Source: Escherichia phage JEP6
DNA length: 64,000 bases
Sequence record: MT764206.1
Reading direction: 5' to 3' (one strand)
Within the stretch, counting starts at the first letter, position 1. Every line of letters starts with the position of its first letter. Below, piece by piece: positions 58,270 to 64,000 of this stretch. The notes below the pieces were generated by a model that made no database searches, had not been told where the DNA came from, and worked only from the letters and a program-made list of their open reading frames with translations. Position numbers and translations under genes: made by a program.

Positions 58270-59388
58270 ATGGAAAAATTTATGGCAGAGTTTGGACAAG
58301 GATATGTCCAAACGCCATTTTTATCGGAAAGCAATTCAGTAAGATATAAAATAAGTATAGCGGGTTCTTGCCCGCTTTCTACTGCAGAAGGACCATACGT
58401 TAAATTTCAGGATAATCCTGTCGGAAGTCAAACATTTAGCGCAGGACTTCATTTAAGAGTTTTTGACCCTTCTACAGGAGCATTAGTTGATAGTAAGTCA
58501 TATGCTTTTTCGACTTCAAATGATACTACATCAGCTGCTTTTGTTAGTTTCATGAATTCTTTTTCAAACAACAGACTTGTTGCTATATTAACTAGCGGAA
58601 AGGTTAATTTTCCTCCTGAGGTAGTATCTTGGCTAAGAGCCGCGGGAACGTCTGCTTTTCCATCTGATTCTGTATTGTCAAGATTTGACGTATCATATGC
58701 TGCTTTTTACACTTCTTCTAAAAGAGCTATTGCATTGGAACATGTTAAACTAAGTAATAGAAAAAGCACAGATGACTATCAAACTATTTTAGATGTTGTA
58801 TTTGATAGTTTAGAAGACGTTGGAGCTACAGGATTTCCTAAAAGAACATACGAAAGCGTTGAGCAATTTATGTCAGCGGTTGGTGGAACTAATAACGAAA
58901 TTGCACGTCTACCAACTTCATCCGCGATAAGTAAACTTTCTGACTACAATTTAATTCCTGGCGATGTTCTTTATCTTAAAGCACAACTATATGCTGATGA
59001 AGATTTACTTGCTCTTGGAACTACTAATATATCCATTAGATTTTATAATGAATCTGATGGATATATTTCTTCAACGCACGCTGAGTTTACTGGACAAGCT
59101 GGGTCATGGGAATTAAAGGAAGATTATGTAGTTATTCCAGAAAATGCAGTAGGATTTACGATATATGCACAAAGAACTGCTCAAGCTGGTCAAGGTGGCA
59201 TGAGGAATTTAAGTTTTTCTGAAGTATCAAGAAATGGCGGAATTTCAAAACCTGCAGAATTTGGCGTCAATGGTATTCGAGTTAATTATGTCTGTGAATC
59301 TGCTTCACCTCCGGATATAATGGTACTTCCTACACAAGCATCGTCTAAAACTGGTAAAGTGTTTGGGCAAGAATTTAGAGAAGTATAA
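58270..59388 (+). CDS. 35: Long tail fibre hinge connector gp35
   Basis: 372 aa. Confidence 0.92.
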   Translation: MEKFMAEFGQGYVQTPFLSESNSVRYKISIAGSCPLSTAEGPYVKFQDNPVGSQTFSAGLHLRVFDPSTGALVDSKSYAFSTSNDTTSAAFVSFMNSFSNNRLVAILTSGKVNFPPEVVSWLRAAGTSAFPSDSVLSRFDVSYAAFYTSSKRAIALEHVKLSNRKSTDDYQTILDVVFDSLEDVGATGFPKRTYESVEQFMSAVGGTNNEIARLPTSSAISKLSDYNLIPGDVLYLKAQLYADEDLLALGTTNISIRFYNESDGYISSTHAEFTGQAGSWELKEDYVVIPENAVGFTIYAQRTAQAGQGGMRNLSFSEVSRNGGISKPAEFGVNGIRVNYVCESASPPDIMVLPTQASSKTGKVFGQEFREV

Positions 59389-59419
59389 ATTGAGGGAGCC
59401 TTCGGGTTCCCTTTTTCTT

Positions 59420-59427
59420 TATAAATA
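59420..59427 (+). promoter_or_regulatory. Late promoter TATAAATA upstream of gene 36
   Basis: Exact consensus. Confidence 0.7.
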
Positions 59428-59450
59428 CTATTAAAATAAAGGGGCATACA

Positions 59451-60128
59451 ATGGCTGATTTAAAAGTAGGTTCAACAACCGGAGGCTCTGTCATTTGGCA
59501 TCAAGGAAATTTTCCATTGAATCCAGCCGGTGACGATGTACTCTATAAATCATTTAAAATATATTCAGAATATAATAAACCACAAGCTGCTGATAACGAT
59601 TTCGTTTCTAAAGCTAATGGTGGCACATATTTAAACAAAGTATCATTTAATGCAGGTGTACAAATCCCGTTTTCTAAAGACGGCGTAATTCAAACAGGGA
59701 ACATTAATGGTATTTTTCCCGGAGTTGATGATGGGGCCGATTTTACAGCAAACAACCTAGATATCGTTTCTTGGTATGGTGTTGGATTTAAATCTTCATT
59801 AGGTAATTCAGGATATACGATATCCATTAATACTCGTACAGGCACAATTAATACTAAAGGCGGTGTTTACGCCTCTGGACAAGTTCGTTCAGACATGGCT
59901 GCACCTGTTGCGGTTAACGATCTTACTCGTAAAGATTATGTTGATGGAGCAATAAATATTGTTACAGCAAACGCAAACTCTAGGGTATTACGCTCTGGAG
60001 ACACTATGACAGGAAATTTAACTGCGCCAAACCTTTTTTCACAGAATCCTGCATCTCAACCCTCGCATGTTCCACGATTTGACCAAATCGTAATTAAGGA
60101 TTCTGTTCAAGATTTCGGCTATTATTAA
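59451..60128 (+). CDS. 36: Long tail fibre distal connector gp36
   Basis: 225 aa. Confidence 0.92.
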   Translation: MADLKVGSTTGGSVIWHQGNFPLNPAGDDVLYKSFKIYSEYNKPQAADNDFVSKANGGTYLNKVSFNAGVQIPFSKDGVIQTGNINGIFPGVDDGADFTANNLDIVSWYGVGFKSSLGNSGYTISINTRTGTINTKGGVYASGQVRSDMAAPVAVNDLTRKDYVDGAINIVTANANSRVLRSGDTMTGNLTAPNLFSQNPASQPSHVPRFDQIVIKDSVQDFGYY

Positions 60129-60136
60129 GAGGACTT

Positions 60137-63100
60137 ATGGCTACTTTAAAACAAATACAATTTAAAAGAAGCAAAACTGCAGGAGCACGTCCTGCCGCTT
60201 CAGTATTAGCCGAAGGTGAATTGGCTATAAACTTAAAAGACCGTGTACTTTTTACTAAAGATGACCAGGGAAATATTATTGATTTAGGTTTTGCTAAAGG
60301 CGGTAGTATTGACGGGAATGTTATTCATACAGGCAATTATAACCAAACTGGCGATTATACTTTAAATGGCGTCTTCACTCAGACTGGTAATTTTAATTTA
60401 ACTGGTATTGCTCGAGTAACTCGTGATATTATTGCTGCTGGGCAGATTATGACTGAAGGCGGAGAACTTATTACAAAAAGTTCAGGAACGGCACACGTTC
60501 GTTTTCATGATTCCGCCGACCGTGAACGCGGTATTATTTTTTCTCCTGCTAATGACGGTTTAACTACACAAGTAGTTAACATCAGAGTTCAAGATTACAA
60601 AGCTGGTTCAGAAAGCACTTTCGCTTTTAATGGAAATGGTTTGTTTTCTTCACCAGAAGTTTTTGGGTGGAAATCTGTATCAACTCCGGTAATTTATACC
60701 AATAAAGTTATCACCAATAAAAAAGTTAAAGATGATTATGACATCTATTCGATGGCAGACAATGTTCCAATATCTGAAAGCACTACTGCTATTAATCATC
60801 TTCGTGTCATGCGTAATGCCGTTGGTTCTGCTGTTTTCCATGAAGTTAAAGATAGTGATGGAATAACTTGGTATACAGGTAACGGGTTAGATACCTATCT
60901 TTGGTCGTTTACCTGGTCCGGTGGATTGAAAGCCGGTCATTCTATTTCTGTAGGCGCCCCAGGCGGCCCCAAAGGATATTCTGAATTAGGAACGGCCTCA
61001 ATTGTTCTTGGGGATAATGACACCGGGTTAAAATGGCACCAGGACGGATATTATTTCAGCGTTAATAATGGAACAAAAACGTTTTTATTTAGTCCAAGCG
61101 AAACAACTAGTCTAAGAAAATTTGTAGCTGGATATTCTACTAACGGAAGCGATTTAACTACTCCTCCAACTGAAAATTATGCTCTTGCTACTGTAGTGAC
61201 ATACCATGATAATAACGCGTTTGGGGATGGTCAGACTCTTTTAGGATATTATCAAGGCGGTAACTATCATCATTATTTCCGCGGCAAAGGTACTACAAAC
61301 ATTAATACTCATGGCGGTTTGTTGGTTACTCCTGGTAATATTGACGTTATTGGTGGTTCTGTTAATATCGATGGTAGAAATAATGCTTCTACACTGATGT
61401 TTAGAGGTAACACAACAGGTAGTAGTTCTGTGGATAACATGACAATTTCTGTGTGGGGTAATACATTTACTAATCCTAGCGAAGGTAATCGCAAAAATGT
61501 CATGGAAATTTCCGATGCAACTAGCTGGATGAGCTATATTCAAAGACTTACTACCGGTGAAGTAGAAATGAACGTCAATGGTTCATTTGAATCATCGGGT
61601 GTTACTGCTGGAAATAGAGGAGTTCATACAACAGGCGAAATTTCATCTGGAGCGGTGAATGCGCTTCGCATTTGGAACGCAGATTATGGAGCCATTTTCC
61701 GTCGTTCAGAAAACAGTCTTCATATTATTCCGACTGCTTACGGTGAAGGCAAAAATGGCAATATCGGTCCACTTCGTCCGTTTAGCATGGCTTTAGATAC
61801 AGGTAAGGTCGTTATTCCTGATTTAGATTTAAGTTATGCTTCTTTTGCCGCAAATGGTTATATTAAATTCGGCGGTCATGGAGCTGGGGCTGGAGGTTAT
61901 GCCGTTCAATATGCTCAAGCGGCTCCTATTTTCCAGGAAATTGATGATGATGCTGTAAGCAAATATTATCCTATTGTTAAACAGAAATTCTTAAACGGTA
62001 AAGCAGTTTGGTCTTTAGGTACTGAAATTAATTCTGGTACATTCGTTATTCATCATCTGAAAGAAGATGGTTCACAAGGCCATACGTCTCGTTTTAATCA
62101 AGACGGTACTGTTAATTTCCCTGATAATGTTCAGGTTGGCGGTGGTGAAGCTACTATTGCTAGAAATGGTAATATTTTTTCTGATATTTGGAAATCGTTT
62201 ACTTCAGCAGGAGACACCACAAACATTCGCGATGCGATAGCTACTCGTGTTGCCAAAGAAGGCGATACGATGACTGGCAAATTAATCGTTAAAAGAGGCT
62301 CTGACGCTATTAACATTGCTGCCGATGAAAATGATTCTGCTTATTTACTTGGAACATCGGGTGGAGCGAATTCGTGGTACATCGGTAAAGGCGGGGCAGA
62401 TGACACTGCTTCATTTTATAATTTTAAGACTACGGCAGGAATTACTCTTAATAATGTAGGCGATATTGATTTTAATGTTAAAAATCAAGCTACTGCAGCT
62501 TCATTAAATTTTTATCGTTTATATTTAAACGGAAGACAGTGGACAGCTACCCAAGGCCACGGTTACGGAAACCAATGGCAAACAGAAGCCCCATTCTTCG
62601 TTGATTTTGGTGAATCTGTTCCAAAAGATAGTTATATGCCTATAATTAAAGGAAGAAGCCAAATCATTAATGAAGGATATGCAACAAAGGTAGATTTTGG
62701 TATTGTTCGATTAGGTGGAAATGCTGCTTGGGGAAATGCAGTAATTCGTGTTGGTTCTGCAGAAAGCGGAGATAGCCCTCATCCTAATGCAATATTTGAG
62801 TTTCAGGCTAATGGAGATTTTAAAGCTCCGGTTGGTCTTCGTGCTGGTGTTAACTTAGCTGTTGGTACTGATCCTATTTTTGGTGGACCTTCTATTGCCA
62901 TCGGTGATAATGACACTGGTTTAGTATGGGGTGGTGATGGTCGTATTAACATGCTTGCCGATGGTGTTCATATTGCGTCATGGGGGTCTCAACGTCTGGC
63001 ACATGAGGGGTTATGGGATTCATACGGGTCGTTTTGGACAGAAGTCGGTAAAGCGATTGTTTCACATGGCCATTTAGTCCAACAGGGTGATGCCTATTCT

Positions 63101-63463
63101 ACCTTTGTTCGTGATGTTTATGTCCGTTCTGATATTCGTGTTAAAAAAGACCTTGTTAAATTTGAAAATGCTTCTGAGAAGCTTTCTAAAATTAACGGTT
63201 ACACTTATATGCAGAAGCGAGGCCTAGATGAAGAAGGCAATCAGAAATGGGAACCTAACGCTGGTTTGATAGCTCAAGAAGTTCAAGCTATTTTGCCAGA
63301 ATTAGTTGAAGGTGACCCTGATGGTGAAGCTTTACTTCGTTTGAACTATAACGGTGTAATTGGTTTAAATACAGCTGCAATCAATGAGCATACTGCAGAA
63401 ATTGCAGAACTTAAATCAGAAATCGAAGAACTTAAAGCATTAGTTAAATCATTGTTAAAATAA
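60137..63463 (+). CDS. 37: Long tail fibre distal subunit gp37 (1108 aa) with C-terminal S74-like intramolecular chaperone module
   Basis: N-terminal region gp37-like; C-terminal ...[10 protein letters not shown]... followed by coiled-coil [22 protein letters not shown]. Confidence 0.92.
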   Translation: MATLKQIQFKRSKTAGARPAASVLAEGELAINLKDRVLFTKDDQGNIIDLGFAKGGSIDGNVIHTGNYNQTGDYTLNGVFTQTGNFNLTGIARVTRDIIAAGQIMTEGGELITKSSGTAHVRFHDSADRERGIIFSPANDGLTTQVVNIRVQDYKAGSESTFAFNGNGLFSSPEVFGWKSVSTPVIYTNKVITNKKVKDDYDIYSMADNVPISESTTAINHLRVMRNAVGSAVFHEVKDSDGITWYTGNGLDTYLWSFTWSGGLKAGHSISVGAPGGPKGYSELGTASIVLGDNDTGLKWHQDGYYFSVNNGTKTFLFSPSETTSLRKFVAGYSTNGSDLTTPPTENYALATVVTYHDNNAFGDGQTLLGYYQGGNYHHYFRGKGTTNINTHGGLLVTPGNIDVIGGSVNIDGRNNASTLMFRGNTTGSSSVDNMTISVWGNTFTNPSEGNRKNVMEISDATSWMSYIQRLTTGEVEMNVNGSFESSGVTAGNRGVHTTGEISSGAVNALRIWNADYGAIFRRSENSLHIIPTAYGEGKNGNIGPLRPFSMALDTGKVVIPDLDLSYASFAANGYIKFGGHGAGAGGYAVQYAQAAPIFQEIDDDAVSKYYPIVKQKFLNGKAVWSLGTEINSGTFVIHHLKEDGSQGHTSRFNQDGTVNFPDNVQVGGGEATIARNGNIFSDIWKSFTSAGDTTNIRDAIATRVAKEGDTMTGKLIVKRGSDAINIAADENDSAYLLGTSGGANSWYIGKGGADDTASFYNFKTTAGITLNNVGDIDFNVKNQATAASLNFYRLYLNGRQWTATQGHGYGNQWQTEAPFFVDFGESVPKDSYMPIIKGRSQIINEGYATKVDFGIVRLGGNAAWGNAVIRVGSAESGDSPHPNAIFEFQANGDFKAPVGLRAGVNLAVGTDPIFGGPSIAIGDNDTGLVWGGDGRINMLADGVHIASWGSQRLAHEGLWDSYGSFWTEVGKAIVSHGHLVQQGDAYSTFVRDVYVRSDIRVKKDLVKFENASEKLSKINGYTYMQKRGLDEEGNQKWEPNAGLIAQEVQAILPELVEGDPDGEALLRLNYNGVIGLNTAAINEHTAEIAELKSEIEELKALVKSLLK
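63128..63463 (+). other. Putative auto-cleaving C-terminal intramolecular chaperone domain of gp37 (Ser at 63128-63130)
   Basis: S-D-I-R-V-K motif resembling the S74 peptidase autocleavage site SDxRxK; about 110-aa tail. Confidence 0.55.
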
Positions 63464-63468
63464 TAAGA

Positions 63469-63482
63469 GGGGCTTCGGCCCC
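63469..63482 (+). terminator. Hairpin between genes 37 and 38 (attenuator-like)
   Basis: GGGGC-TTCG-GCCCC immediately before the gp38 RBS. Confidence 0.55.
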
Positions 63483-63494
63483 TTGGAGGTTTAT

Positions 63495-64000
63495 ATGGCA
63501 GTAGCAGGACCGTGGATAGGAACTTCTGCATTGGCACAGACTGGAGACCATTGGATGGCAGGAGCAGCCGCAAGATTAAGAATGGGAGTTCCATTTTGGA
63601 TGAGTAATATGATAGGTCGATCCGTTGAAGTAATTCATACACTTGGAGCAGACCATAACTTTAATGGTCAATGGTTCCGAGATAGATGTTTTGAGGCAGG
63701 TAGTGCACCTATAGTGTTTAATATCACAGGAAATTTGGTATCATATTCTAGAGATGTTCCTTTATTCTTCATGTATGGAGATACACCAAATGAATATGTT
63801 CAGTTGAATATTAGCGGTGGAGCTCATATGTGGGGCAGAGGTGGACAAGGTGGATGGACTCATTCTGGTGGAGATGGTAATGGTCAACAGGGTGGACATT
63901 GTATTCAAAATGACATTGGTGGTCGATTAAGAATTAATAATGGTGGAGTAATTTGTGGCGGTGGTGGCGGTGGTGGCGGTATCGCTTATCGTCCTCACTC
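63495..64000 (+). CDS. 38: gp38 tail fibre adhesin, T2-type (partial, continues beyond window)
   Basis: GGAGG RBS; ATG 63495; poly-Gly tract GGGGGGGG at the window end. Confidence 0.8.
   Translation, partial: MAVAGPWIGTSALAQTGDHWMAGAAARLRMGVPFWMSNMIGRSVEVIHTLGADHNFNGQWFRDRCFEAGSAPIVFNITGNLVSYSRDVPLFFMYGDTPNEYVQLNISGGAHMWGRGGQGGWTHSGGDGNGQQGGHCIQNDIGGRLRINNGGVICGGGGGGGGIAYRPH

Noticed and set aside
63346-63642. 98-aa minus-strand ORF across the gene 37/38 junction
   Set aside because: Antisense to the gp37 C-terminus and gp38 N-terminus; gp38 has a clear GGAGG RBS on the plus strand

Overview
This window is a ~64 kb stretch of a T-even (T4-like) coliphage genome, and its outstanding feature is a fractured terminase large subunit gene (gene 17). 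Gene 17 is cut immediately after the Walker-B/catalytic IYIDE motif into two separately translated ORFs. The upstream ORF ends with a 41-aa intein N-fragment (starts with Cys, block A-like) and the downstream ORF begins with a 107-aa intein C-fragment (ends ...SHN, followed by Cys+1). A free-standing 199-aa putative endonuclease gene with no GIY-YIG or HNH motifs sits between them in another frame. This is the 'fractured gene / atypical split intein' architecture I recall from metagenomic phage terminase genes, here in an otherwise T4-colinear genome; I cannot confirm from sequence alone that it splices. The rest of the window runs from gene 16 through the head and tail genes (18-24, hoc, inh, 25-29, 48, 54), the early block alt-30-rIII-31-cd-pseT-alc-rnlA-denA-nrdB-mobE-nrdA-td-frd-32-59-33-dsbA-rnh, and the long tail fibre genes 34-37 plus the start of a T2-type gp38 adhesin. 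Gene calls rest on the supplied ORF track and on recognising T4 proteins from memory; no database search was run. Secondary observations: a tandem 288-bp Ig-domain duplication in hoc, a decayed alt paralog directly downstream of alt, an 8-bp tandem duplication that frameshifts a small early gene, a 54-bp near-identical early promoter cassette at two loci, a NADAR-like domain protein, and an S74-like autoproteolytic module on gp37. The td group I intron with I-TevI and a mobE-like HNH gene are present, while nrdB is intron-less and the T4 segD and segE positions are empty. Late promoters (TATAAATA), early promoters (GTTTAC -35 type), hairpin terminators and the gene 32 translational operator are recognisable.
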